Made by a program: the position numbers and the translations under genes. A stretch of 64,000 bases of DNA from Vitrella brassicaformis CCMP3155 (lineage: Eukaryota; Protista; Chromerida): positions 1-64,000 of the forward strand of contig CDMY01000416.1 in the NCBI GenBank assembly GCA_001179505.1, given 5' to 3'. Below are positions 23,481-35,995 of this stretch, piece after piece (position 1 is the first letter of the stretch; the number at the start of each line of letters is the position of its first letter). The notes under the pieces were generated by a model. That model made no database searches. It saw only the letters and a program-made list of their open reading frames with translations, and was not told the origin of the DNA.

Positions 23481-24912
23481 TGTTTCCTGACCTTCACTCT
23501 CGCGACCGTGTCTCTTCTCTACATGCGCCATGCCGTGCTGCGGGAATGCCGTGACGGTTGCAGGGACCACATGGCCATGAGACTCCATCCATCCATGCAT
23601 CCATCCATCCTGGTCCATCAATCCATCTACTACCGCAGCCACACCAGCCGCATACATCGATGGATCGGTGTGGTGTCCCATACGCACACAGAGACACAGA
23701 CGCCATTTGATCATGATCATACAGCAGTCGATCTGTCTATCTGTCTGTCCTACGGACACGTACGTGTTGCATACGCATGTGGTCGACAGGCGAACAAAGG
23801 AGGGGAAGAGGGGATGTCTGGAAGAGGGGGGGGAAGGCCATACACTCACTGTCTGTGTAGTAAGTGAGTGTATCATATGTGTGTTGAAAATGGTCACTTG
23901 CGTGACGTGACGTGCACTGACGAACGAAAATGTACATGGAGTGGCGGGCGGCCCAATAGAGGGGTGTGGTGTATGTGTCCGTGGAGGCACTTATCTTACG
24001 TATTAGTATGGCTACAAATCGTGATCGTACCGACCAACCAACGATCAACCAACCTGCCCTGCCCACCACTAAACGCCGCCGCAGCAGACAGACAGACAGA
24101 CAGACAGACCAACAGGCGCCACATCTCCTCTTCCCTCTCCCTTGCAAGTACATGTACCCGCAGTAGCCACCCACAGACACGCATAAAACACCCCAACACG
24201 TCTCACAATGCAGTCAGGGCTATAGCGTCAGACATCAGTGTGGAGATGGGTTCCGCAGGAGGCCGCCTCGGTTGCGGTGGTTCTTGTGCCGCTGTGGCGA
24301 CTTGGGGATGCCCGAGGGGTGCGTGGACACGACGGGGGAATGTTTGCGTGAGTCACCGGCACTAGCAGGTGAGGGAGGGGCAGGGGGCAGCAGGTGGAGC
24401 GAGTGTGTGGCGGGGTCGGCCCCGGCTGTGCGGGAGCGTCGCATGGTGGGGGAGCCTTCGTGGATCCACCGGTGCTGCCGGGACTGCTCGCACGTGGAGG
24501 AGTTTGTGGCTCGCTTCAGCAACAGACTCACAAACTCCTCCAGGCAAAGCAAGGCAAGGCAAGGATGGAAGCCAAGCCAAAATACAGAGCGTGTGCGTCT
24601 TGGCTCGCTCACCTTGGCTGTGTCTGAGACGCCCGCCCAGTCGTCACGACCCGATTTGATTGTTTACGTATAGTGCAACGCATCTACAACAGTACGCGGA
24701 CAATGCGTGTTAATTCATTGCGGCCAGAGTTACTTCGGCTAGCATGCATGAGTGATATCACACCAGCGTTTATGCATCATCATCGAAAGTAAGCCATCTC
24801 ACACCACAAACCGATGCAGAAAAGGAAAACGCTGTGAGCCGCACACTAAAGGCCTCAGCCAATCCCACCTTCTGCCTGCCTGCCTCCCTCCCTTCCCCCC
24901 TCCTCCCTCCCA

Positions 24913-26169
24913 TCACTTGATCCGGAGAGACACAAACTGCCGCCTCTTGTCGATATACCCCAACTGGCCCCACGCAAATTGGCAGTCGTCATTGCCGAGG
25001 TGTTCGTTGAAGCCCTTGAGGACGGCCCCCTGGACACCACACTTGGCCGCCTCGTCCAGCCGGGCCCGATGCACCACCTCACGCACACCCAACACACGAT
25101 GCTGACCGCCAGGCTGACCCCAGACCGCGAAGCACTGCAGCGGCACACGCACCATCTGGCCCCCCACATCAGCCATCGCCCCCACCACCTCCCTGTTGCT
25201 GCTGGCACGCAACGCCGCATACTTGACGAAGTGCTCGATGGCCGCAACCACTCGACGGGCCATGTCGGTATGGCGGAAGGGGAAGGCGGCAGAGATGCTC
25301 TCTTTGGCGGCCTCCTCGTCGAAGCAAAAGGCGGCGATTCTCCAGCTGATTGCGGCCGAAACATGAGGGCCGAGCGGGAGGGCGTACATGAAGTGGGCCG
25401 CAAAGGAGCGGTGGGCTGCCAGGCCGACAATGAGCGCCGCCATGGCCATGTTGGGCAGGTCCTCATTGAGCACACTCGCGTACTCAGTCGCCATCAGCTC
25501 GCGACGACTTCGCTGGCCATCAGTGTCCGCGGGCATGCGGCTGAGAGAATACTCTGCTCCCGCCCTCAGCAGGACACGAGCAGTACGCTTGAGCCTGCTG
25601 ATCATGCTCAAGAGCCGCTCCCTTTCCTGCAAGCCCAGGGCTGCAAGACTGCCGATTTGCATGAATCGCTTCTCTCGATCCACTGTCTCCTCGCCCTCCC
25701 TCTGGTCTCTCAATTGTTGCCCGTGCGGAAGGGAGCAGTAGTCGAGCGCACTGGCAGCGTTACCAAGGGGCGACAGGCAGGGGTCATTGCGTCGCGCTCT
25801 GTTGATATCAGCTTCAGGGAGCCGACGGCAGAGGAAATCCGTGGCGCAAGGGGAGCCGAGCTTGGCCGCCAGGTGGAGTGGGGTGTCTCCAGTCCAATTG
25901 CATGCTCTCATGTCCGCCCCATTGTCCACTAGCAGCCGCATGTAGGCGTCAATGAAGGTCTGAGAAGCACCCCTGCTCCACCTCGGCCGCCTCGTGCACC
26001 ACACTGCCATAATTGCCATGGTGCCGCTCGGTGGCGAGTGTTGGGTCTCGTTGGATGAATCGCTCGTAGATGGACAGCAGGCGCTGCTCGGTCTCAGCAG
26101 ACGGCGGACCTGACACACAGCCAAAAGATCGAACACGATGTGGATTCCATAGTGGCTTCTCTGTGCCAT
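24913..26169 (-). CDS. Intronless ankyrin-repeat protein of an expanded orphan family
   Basis: LLVDNGADMRACNWTGDTPLHLAAKLGS and LPEADINRA...SPLGNAA ankyrin-type motifs in a 418-codon ORF. The true start may be the ATG at 26019. Confidence 0.75.
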   Translation of the reverse strand: MAQRSHYGIHIVFDLLAVCQVRRLLRPSSACCPSTSDSSNETQHSPPSGTMAIMAVWCTRRPRWSRGASQTFIDAYMRLLVDNGADMRACNWTGDTPLHLAAKLGSPCATDFLCRRLPEADINRARRNDPCLSPLGNAASALDYCSLPHGQQLRDQREGEETVDREKRFMQIGSLAALGLQERERLLSMISRLKRTARVLLRAGAEYSLSRMPADTDGQRSRRELMATEYASVLNEDLPNMAMAALIVGLAAHRSFAAHFMYALPLGPHVSAAISWRIAAFCFDEEAAKESISAAFPFRHTDMARRVVAAIEHFVKYAALRASSNREVVGAMADVGGQMVRVPLQCFAVWGQPGGQHRVLGVREVVHRARLDEAAKCGVQGAVLKGFNEHLGNDDCQFAWGQLGYIDKRRQFVSLRIK

Positions 26170-26627
26170 TCTTCAGTCATTCTTTCCTTACCCATCTCGC
26201 GGGGGATGTGCGGCAGGCGCATGAGCATGCATCCCTGCAGATTGACGTGCCGAGCAAGGAGCACATCCACAACCATGACATTCGCACCAAAGAGCGCCAG
26301 TTGGATGGGTCGCTGCGGTCTCGAGTCTGCGCCAGTATCAATGCTCGCGCCGCCATCGATGAGGGCAGGGCCACGGTGGGGCGAACGCTGGACTGACGAT
26401 GCGTTGACGGCCGAGAGGCTGGAGGGTTCAGATGGTTCCTGGAAGGGGTCCGCTCCGACTTGATCGGCTCGTGCTCGTCCGATGCGACGCAGCGGGGGCG
26501 ACAAGAATGGTCGACCGTCGGCCGGAACATGACAGACTATCGGTGGCCGGAGTTGCGGCGGCAGGGAGGGCATGCGTGGCGGTCGAAGAGTGTGCGATGA
26601 ATGGGCAGGGGCGGGGCAGAAAAACGG

Positions 26628-26983
26628 AGGGCGCTGAGCATGATAAGCTGCATGATCAATGGCTGAGCCGCCAGGGACGTACTGTGGAAGGCTCAAGCTG
26701 CAACACAACACAACACAACACGTAAGACCAGAAAAAAACGAATGAGTGAACGTCAGATTGTTTTCTGCCCTCCATCGCGTCTGGAGTCGTCTTACTGATG
26801 CGGAGGCGTCACGTTCTGATTCGTCCATGACAGGTTCAGCGTCAACGGGCCTCTGGAGGGTGCGGGCGGTCCTCTGGCCGCATCGTGGCGGCCAAGCAGC
26901 GGCCTCCCGGATGGAAAGGGATACATCACTCACTCCATGCAGCTCTCTGGATGAGCTCCAGCACACCTGCATGGACCACGCAC
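26628..26983 (-). pseudogene. Inverted degenerate copy of exon 1, intron 1 and exon 2 of the kinase-like gene
   Basis: Reverse complement aligns by eye to 21602-~21950. The CGA codon of exon 2 is TGA here (26693-26695). Confidence 0.75.
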
Positions 26984-27160
26984 AAGCCGATGTATCAGAG
27001 TTGGTACTGAGCCAATTTGGGCTGGGCATTCACCTGAGAGGAGTGAATTATGACAGATAAGAGTGCTCTTCCTTCGACGCATGTCAAATTTTCAATAGAA
27101 ACCTCCGAAGGACTACTTCTGCGAGCTTTGGGGGCGTCTCCGACACCCCCCCCCCCCCCC

Positions 27161-27460
27161 NNNNNNNNNNNNNNNNNNNNNNNNNNNNNNNNNNNNNNNN
27201 NNNNNNNNNNNNNNNNNNNNNNNNNNNNNNNNNNNNNNNNNNNNNNNNNNNNNNNNNNNNNNNNNNNNNNNNNNNNNNNNNNNNNNNNNNNNNNNNNNNN
27301 NNNNNNNNNNNNNNNNNNNNNNNNNNNNNNNNNNNNNNNNNNNNNNNNNNNNNNNNNNNNNNNNNNNNNNNNNNNNNNNNNNNNNNNNNNNNNNNNNNNN
27401 NNNNNNNNNNNNNNNNNNNNNNNNNNNNNNNNNNNNNNNNNNNNNNNNNNNNNNNNNNNN
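27161..27460. other. Assembly gap (300 N)
   Basis: Run of N after a poly-C tract. Confidence 1.
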
Positions 27461-28401
27461 GCGTCTCTCTGCGGCGCCGCCTGGGCGTCCTCCCCTGCAA
27501 CGGTTGACTTAACCTGCTGGCAGGCGAGAGCATTGCAGTCCTCTGTCCTGTGAGCGGGCGGCATGTCGACAAGGCCGCAGAAACCCATGATCATGTTGAT
27601 CCTCTTTAGCTTCTTGCTCATGTGCCGGCCGCTGGTGCACGGCAAACAGTTCGTCAAGATGGACGAGAGGCGCCACAATGCCTCCTGGGTGGCCCTCCCT
27701 CACCTGCCGCAACACCTGCAGCAGCAAGCCGAGCACCAGCCAGTGCCAAGTGCGGTGGAGACGACAACTGCTGAGACAGAGCCGATGCTGAGAGAGGAGC
27801 CACATGATTCAGGCGGGGCTGTCACGCAAATGACATGCAATGGCAGCAGAAAGATCTGTCTGTCTGCTGGTGTATGGGTCTTCTGTGCAGGGCCGCTCAC
27901 AGGCCACGAGAAGTGCGACCGTCTGGGCTTCCTTGGCCACACACCCATTGCAAAGGGCCACATCCGCACTGCAAACTCAGCCATCTGACCACCCTGCACT
28001 TGTCGCAAGAAGTGTTGATCAATCGCAAGCAGGTACTGTACGGCCGTGCCCACATTCTCTGTGTGTCTGTCGCACCGCGTCTGTTTCAATGCAGCCGCTG
28101 CTGCTGAGGGAATGTCTGTGCTGGCTGCATGGTGCCGAAAGGTGTTACATATTGGTGGAGGTTCTAGGCAATTAGTTAGGCACCGCGGTGCGTGTCTGTC
28201 GTCTGAGGAGAGCATGTGTGAATGGATTGGATGAGGCGTGCAGAGACTTACAAAAAAGGAGACTGGCTTGGATTGGATTGAAGGACACTCTTTCTCACCC
28301 ACCCACACACACACGCACACGGACATGCATCATACCTTCATCCACGAGTGAGTCGATCTACTTTGCCGTCGACACTCTACACCCACCCAGTGCCATTGAC
28401 A

Positions 28402-29564
28402 TCAGGCGCTCCCGCTGCCATCGTCTCCACTGACTTTGGCCCGCTTGGCCCCGCCCTCGCCATCGGTGAGCAGCCCCCTCTTGCCCCGCACCTCCCCCTG
28501 GCCAATGTTGGCACTCGTCGACGCATCCTCACCACCAGCAGCACCACCACCGCCACCACCACCACCGCCGTCAGCACACATACACGACTGCATGGCTGCA
28601 CACACGGCAACACAATACATACAAAGGATGGGAAGTGGGTAAGAGGAGACTGGGGTTGTCTGTTGATGTACCGTGTTGCTTGGTCCACTGTGAAGCGGTG
28701 GCGTCGAACTGCTGAGGGGAACGCTCCAATAGTGCAGCCTGCATTGCGAGAGGGGGGCGGGCCAAAACACAAGAAGACCGATGCAGCCAGCCCCTGCAGA
28801 TCACCGTACCGCTTCCTGGAATGACAAAGGGCAAGGAAGGAAACATGGATTCACATGCAGCTGTATATGTCATCACATGTGTGTCTCACTTGGTTGAGAG
28901 GGTCCTTGGCGTTCGGCTCGGACAGCAGGCAACTGAACCAAGGCAAATGTCGCACCAAAGAAGAAGGTCCCACAACAACACCCCTTGGGCCTCTGTTTTC
29001 TTGTGCAGGTACCGGATGGTCATCATGAGCGAACGGATGTTGGCTAGCGGCGTCCAACTGCCCTGCGCACCACACACACACACACACATGGATTGCTCTT
29101 CCTTCCTGGCCTTGTGCAGATCGGTGGATACGTGTGGTTTGGCTTTGAGGAGATCCACGCATATACGACCACCCTGCTCTATGTTGGGGTGGAATACCGG
29201 CGTCTGTGTTTGCCAAGGAGCAGAGGGATGCAGAGAAGTCGACGCTCTACCGGGAATGTACCTCAAACTTGACGTCAGGCGGCACGAGTGGGTAGCGGTC
29301 GGGCACACTGATGCTCAGACGAAACACCCCGCCGGCATACGCAGTGCCCTCGGGACCACACATCTCTGAATTTCAATGCACAGAAGAGAACAACGAACGA
29401 ACACGCACGTACGAACGCACATTCGTCCATGGACATTGAGAAAAGATCCTCCCTCGCCCACCAGCGGAGAGTGTCTGGATGGAGTCAGTGGTGGAGATGC
29501 ACACCCCCTCAGGCGGCTCGTTCACCAGCATCTTCAGTTCAGCCTTCATGCGATTCGCCAGCAT
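28402..29564 (-). CDS. UBE2T: Ubiquitin-conjugating enzyme E2, UBE2T-like
   Basis: MLANRMKAELKMLVNEPPEGV... GPEGTAYAGGCFRLSISVPDRYPLVPPDVKF | TPVFHPNIEQGGRICVDLLKAKP | GSWTP... | LLSEPNAKDPLNQ | EA | AALL...QWTKQH. Active-site HPN...C is intact. The K-P-x-G-x-W pattern and acidic/Gly C-terminal tail fit UBE2T, but the subfamily call is tentative. Confidence 0.8.
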
Positions 29565-29931
29565 CGTCAAAAACCGGTCAGAGAATGGTCAAAAAGTCGT
29601 TCTTGCAGTGGAAGCCGTAGCAAGGGCGGGTCCCGTGCGGCCTTCTTCTCCAATTTTCTTCCTTTCCGCTCGCCTACTTTTGCGAGCTTGTAAATCCTTA
29701 TGCGATCCCTCTGCAGTCGTTGCAGAGAAAGGGCAAGAGGAGGAGAGAGGACACCCCTGCCCTTCAGTGGCTGACGTAAGTGGCGGATTGGCTCGGTGAG
29801 AACGGAGACCGCGCCGTCGAAGTGGCGTCTGCAGCCCCCGCACCGCCCACGCATCGCATGCCGACCTTTCGCGACCTTCCTGGATAAGGGAGCACCCCAT
29901 CGTTGTCGGCTATCGTCTCTCAGCCATCGTT

Positions 29932-32900
29932 ATGGACGGAGCATCGCCACAAGACCGCGAGAGCGGCCGCGGAGCCGCGGACACGGCCAAAGAGGTGCAG
30001 CAGGAGGATGGTGCGAGGCGCGAGAGGCTCCATGTGTTGGATTCGGTGTCTGGTACGAGTCAGCTGCACCAGCTGTCGGGCATGAGCCAGCTGCCGCCTG
30101 AGGATGACAGTCCCAAGGGCGGCAGTCCGCACAACGAGAAGGACGAACCCATGCATCCTGCGGCATCGGCAGTGCAAGACCACCAGCACCAGCCCAAACC
30201 CACAATTGCAGATGTGACGAGGCCGGCCATTCCACCTGTCGGCGAGGTCTCGCAAGGCGCCTTCCCCCTTCCCGGCCAAGAGGCGTCCGTGGACCTCACT
30301 GCGGTCCAGGCGGGCTTTGTGCAGCCGCAGGACAACGGCGTTCCCAGCTACGGATTTCCTCCCATGGCGGCCCCTATCGTGGTCAAGGAGGAGGTCCCAT
30401 CGTCCCCCGAGCAGCAGCGAGCCATTCCGTCCTCCTCTGCCAGCGGCCCCCACACAGGCGCCCCGTCCGAGTCCATGTACGCCCAGATCCTCGCCCGTGT
30501 GCTGCTTCGTGAGCTCAAGGAGAAGATGGGCGACCCCCAGCCCAAGTCACACACACCGCAGATCCAAATCAACCTCAAGACGCGGCCCGAATGCTTCGTG
30601 GTGAGGGCCGAGAACCTGTCCGAGGAGCAGGCGGCCAACTCCCCCCCGCCCACCACACACCCCCTGCACCCCCAAGGCGTCTTCAGGGCGCTGCGCGCGG
30701 CGGTGCATGACAAGAACATGCGAGCAGCGGCTTTGGGCCTGCCCATGTGGAGCGGCTATGGGGAGATCATCGATGGGGGCGATGATGATATGGGTGGGAG
30801 TCGGGATGGCGGGGACAGTGACCTGGACATGTGTGAGGTGCCGCACGGGCGAGGTGGCGAGGAGGGGGCGGGGNNNNNNNNNNNNNNNNNNNNNNNNNNN
30901 NNNNNNNNNNNNNNNNNNNNNNNNNNNNNNNNNNNNNNNNNNNNNNNNNNNNNNNNNNNNNNNNNNNNNNNNNNNNNNNNNNNNNNNNNNNNNNNNNNNN
31001 NNNNNNNNNNNNNNNNNNNNNNNNNNNNNNNNNNNNNNNNNNNNNNNNNNNNNNNNNNNNNNNNNNNNNNNNNNNNNNNNNNNNNNNNNNNNNNNNNNNN
31101 NNNNNNNNNNNNNNNNNNNNNNNNNNNNNNNNNNNNNNNNNNNNNNNNNNNNNNNNNNNNNNNNNNNNNNNNNGACAAACAAAACAAAAAGAACAGACGG
31201 TGAGTGAGTGGGTGGGTGGGTGGGTGGTGGGCTGGTTGGTGGGGGTGGTGTGGGAGAGAGAGAGAGGCAGTGCCACAAACGATCAACAGCCACATGTTCG
31301 TCGCTTCTTTTCTCCTTCCTTCTTTCTTTGTCGCATATACATATCAGGCTTCGCAAGAAGTCATCCAAGAAGCGTGACGGCTTCCCTGTGCCCCTACCGG
31401 GCAGCGCCAGCATCCAGCAGGCGTATGAGACATTCGCCTTCGCCACGGGCCCCAACCCACTCCTCGCAAAGGAGGAGTCATACGCCTTTCCCCCACTCCC
31501 CCAGCAGCCCGGCGACGACCAGGCAGGAGCCATCGAGGGCGCCGGGGACGACCTGCTGCTCGACACACACCCGGGGGGACGGCCTGTGGGTTTGGGTGAG
31601 GAGTGGGAGGGCGACTCGTCGCCGACGGGTATCGGGGCGGGGAGCGTGGCTAGCGGGGAGATGATGCCTCCCGAGGAGACGGAGCGTATCAAGAAGATGG
31701 TGCAGGATATCAGCGAGAAGCTCAAGCCGCTGCTGCCGCCCAGCCCGCCCCAGACCCCCCGGCTCATCATGAAGCTCCTGTGGGACCAGGAGACCAACAA
31801 ACTCATCCCCCAGTACCTCTACAAGTGGGTGCAGGCCGCCGGCCACCCCTTCCGCATCTCGTCGGCGGCAGAGGTGCCCCTCGTCATGCGCCAGATCATC
31901 GCCACGCGCAACCTGTTGGCGCAGAAGCTGGGGCAGCCGCTGATTGAGGGCTACGAGGGGGTGCTGAGTCAGTTCGAGGCGCAGGCGGACGGCTCGGCGC
32001 GGCCGCGGCGTGCGGCAAGGATGGAGCCGCCCCTGGAGCTGTCCATGGACTACCCCCTCAAGCCAGCGGACATCAACAAGGTCCGCATATACGACACGAG
32101 AGGGAAACACACCACCCTCCCCATCTCTGCTCCATCTGTTCCTTCCATCCATCTCTGCAGGTAGCGACAGTGTTGTTGAAGCAGTTGGAGGACGCGTACG
32201 GGAAGGAGAATTCGCACCGGATGGCGTCGGAGGGCTCGCTGTTCCCCTTTGGCGTGGCCTGGGACCCGCACCGGTACAGAGTGCGGTGGAAGACCGGCCA
32301 TGGACGACTCCGCAAGCACTTCGAGAAACGCGTGTCCAAGCGCAAGGGCGGCAGGGGACTCAGGGAGGCTATCAAGGTGGGTGACCATGCACACACACAC
32401 AGAGGGAGGGAGGGAGGGAGGGAGGGAGGAGGGAGGGAGGAGGGAGAAGGCGTATGTGCACATGGCTGTGGATGGATGTGTGTGTGTGTGTGTGTGGTGA
32501 TCAGGTTGCGTTGACGAGCCGGAACTTGTGGGCGTCATCGGACAATCTCCCCGTGTTGCAGCACTACCACGACATACTCTCGCAGAACTTCAAGTACACA
32601 CGCACTCACACACCGACAACACCCATAGGCCACGCCCATCACATCTGTGTGTATCCATGTGTGTGTCTGACGTGTCCGTCCGATCGACAATCAGCGACCT
32701 TCTGCAGCAGTGGGAGCCGTCGATGACCAAGTCCGCCCAGGGCTCTGGCACGGCCGATGAAGACGACATGTACAACAGCCCTCCCTTCCCACAGCATGGC
32801 CCCTTCGTGCCCTACACGCCCGGCGTCCTTCCCCTCGACCCCCGCCCCCCTCCCCCCCTCACCATCCACCGCCACATGGACCACCACCGCAAGCCCCTCA

Positions 32901-34405
32901 GCGGCGGCCGCCAGCGGCCCCAGCGGGCCACCAGCTGGGCCGGCATGGAGCGCAAACACGACACTGACGACGGTGCCAACGAATATAGCCACCTCCACCA
33001 CCTCAACGACCCATCCCTGTCGGCCATGGCGATGGGCGTGGGTATGGAGGAGGCGCGAAGGGCGGCTGGCGGCCAGGAATGCGGTCTCGTGCCGTCCGAC
33101 CTCTTGAGGGAGTTGCAGCCTGATGCCGTTCTCCATGGCATGCACCACCACGCATCGCCGTCAGCAGCAGCAGCAGCAGCCGGAGGGGCCGCAGCGGGGA
33201 GCAGTGGCGGCCAGAAGCGCAAGGACAAGACGGACAAGGAGGCGAGGCCCAAGAAACGATCCAAAAAGGGCGGCAAGGCCAGCCATCCCGAGGCAATGGC
33301 GGGCAGTGTGGTAGTCAAGCAGGAGGACGGCGGCGGCGGCGAGCAGGCCGCGATGGACCAGGAGGGCCTTTGTATCGAGGGGGAGGGGGAGGGGGCGGGG
33401 GTGGGTGAGGGCAGCCAGGTGAATGATGTGCAGCAGCCCACTGACGGTGACAAGTACAAATCTGGCTTCAAAGGCGTCAGCTGGAACAAGCGTGAGCAGC
33501 CAGCCAGCCAACGAATCACCGACACGCATGCGGCCGGAGCGATGAATCCATCTATGTGTCGTGTGTGGTGCGTGGCGCGTTGTGTCCACAGGTATGCAGG
33601 CGTGGCTGGCCTTTTGGACGGAGAGGGGCACCCGCCGGAGCAAGACATTCTCACCGCGGCATGTCGGCGCCGAGGTGAGCACACACACACAACGCATAAC
33701 ACACAACAGGATATGGGTGTATCTGTCTCTGTCTCCACTCTGTGGCTGCCTCAGGAGGCGCGGCTGCAGGCGATAGAGTTTCTGAAGGGCAAGCGCGAGG
33801 AGGCGGGCAGCAGCACACCCGACACCAGCAGCCACCCCCAACCCAAGAAGCGCGCATCCTCACGCCAAAGCCACCCAAACAACAAGCAGGCCCTCATCCG
33901 CACCTCCACCCTCCAATCCACCGAAGACGGCTCGATGCTCGCCCCAGACGACCAACACATCAACCACCAGCAACAGCAGCAGCAGCAGGTGATTCCACCG
34001 ATGCATCCCATCCCCCCACTCCCGATGCAGCAGCACCCCCCACACCCCTTCATGCCCGTCGTCCCGATGCCCATGGTGCCAATCGACTTCGGCTTCATGC
34101 ACCAGCACCAGCACCAGCACCAGCAGCAGGAGCAGCAGCAGCAACAGGGCCAGCAGGGCGGTGAGGATATGCTGCTGGAGAACGCTGACGATGGCGAAGC
34201 TGAGGGTGAAGGAGATGGCTGTGAGGGTGAGGCTCATGCGGCTGCTGGCCTGGAGGGGCTGGCTGAGGCGGCCGCTGCCTTCGGGCTGGCTGGGGCGGCC
34301 GCTGCCTTCGAGGAGGGCGGGGAGGACCATGAAATGGGCATGCGGGCGGTGGGGGTGGGGGAGGATACCACCGGGGCAACGGCGGAGCGGAGAGAGGCAC
34401 ACTGA
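29932..34405 (+). CDS. ApiAP2-family transcription factor
   Basis: Spliced AP2 domain YKSGFKGVSWNK | RMQAWLAFWTERGTRRSKTFSPRHVGAE | EARLQAIEF. Also a second AP2-like segment (GVAWDPHRYRVRW...REAIKVALTSRN) and Gln/Pro-rich tracts. Interrupted by an N gap. Confidence 0.85.
30874..31173. other. Assembly gap (300 N) inside the AP2 gene
   Basis: Run of N. Confidence 1.
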
Positions 34406-35995
34406 TACGCAACAACACGCAACAACGAGTATGTACGCTCTGATAGCGGTCGGTCGTCCTGCAGACAGACAGACAGACAGACAGAGAGGCGTAGATGTGA
34501 TACCAACCGATTGAGATAGCATCGATCAGTGGAGGGAGGGAGGGATGTGGCCGGCTGTCATGTCATGTGTTGTCTTGTGTTGTCTTGTGGATGGGATTCT
34601 CTGTGGGTGTCCTGTGCGCCTGCTTTTTGTCTGCCTGCCTGCCTGCCTGCCTGCCTGGCCGTGTGCGTCTGCCCGTCTGTCTGCCTGGCCGTGTGCGTTT
34701 GCCTGTGCGCATTCATTGCCGGCCACTGTCCTAATGCCGTAGCAGCAACAGTGCGGACCAGCTAATTAAGGGAGACACACACACACACACACACAGCAGC
34801 CACCTGTAGATATGATACCACCGGTGGATGGATGGATGAGAGGAGTGGAGTGGAGACAGGGAGGGAGGGAGAGAGAGAGAGCTTTTCATGCGCTCGGTGA
34901 CAGGCAAAGATACGGATGGCTGAGTGCACCGCTGACCGCGGACCACATAGCAGTTGTCTGACTGACTGGCCGTGTGGGTGTCGGTCTGTCTGTCTGTCGG
35001 CATGTACTATGGCTGGCTGGCTGCGTGCATAGGGACATTCCCGCGTCGATGGCTGGATGGATGGCTGGCTGGCTGGATGGCTGGAATGGACAGACGAAAG
35101 GACCAAAGGTGGGGCAGGGCTGGGCGAACAGTGGCGCGATCGCCTTAATGCAACACATTACATTCATCCATTCGCCCACTCAGTCGTCCCTTCCTTTGGC
35201 TGACGCGCATCAATCGGATGAATATTGTCACTCCACTCCCACCCCACACCGTGTCGTGTCGTGTACGCCTGTTTGCACCAAGTAGTGATTGGATTGTACA
35301 GACAGCAATTGCAAGCCAGCCTTCGTTGGTCGACTCAGCGGCACGGACGAGTGGTCAGTCCTCTGTCTCATGTGTGGATACCTAGCGTCCCCTTGGCAGG
35401 CAGGCAGGCAGGCAGGCAGGCCGGCTGGCTGGCTGGCTGGAATTACTCGACTCGCTTCGCGAGACAATCTCACACACGGACATACACAGACGACACACGT
35501 GAGAGGAAAAGGAGGATGGAGAAATGCACACCACACGGCGGCCGGACGCAGAAATTGATGGCCCAACAGACAGACAGACAGACAGATAGACAGATAATGG
35601 CCTGCCTGCGTGCCTGCCTGCCTCGCTGAGCCGACTCTCTCTTCCTTGTGTGGTTGTTACTGCACAGCACTGAGGCAGACGAGAGGGAGGGAGGGAGGAA
35701 GGAACGAATCAAGGGACCGACCAATGAAGCAATGAACCAACCAGCAAGTGAGCGAAGTGCCCCACCCCACCTCTCAATCTCCGATAAACAAACAAGCAAC
35801 CCACCCCCGCACCCCCTCATTGCCGCCCCGCTCCCTCTCAATCGACCGACCCATCATTGAATGCAAAATCGATTACAGACATGACTGACATACATACCCG
35901 ACTGACTGACTCATCTCTACACTACACCACACCAGACAACAGACAGACAGACAGACAGACGGACAGACAGACCCACGCCTTAACCATCCCTCTCT

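Noticed and set aside
27480-28300. Cys-rich ORF fragments next to the first gap
   Set aside because: No single frame or splice path gives a coherent protein.
6616-29564. UEV1 and a UBE2T-like E2 in the same window as a possible ubiquitin cluster
   Set aside because: They are more than 20 kb apart with unrelated genes between, and UEV1 partners UBC13, so co-location is probably chance.
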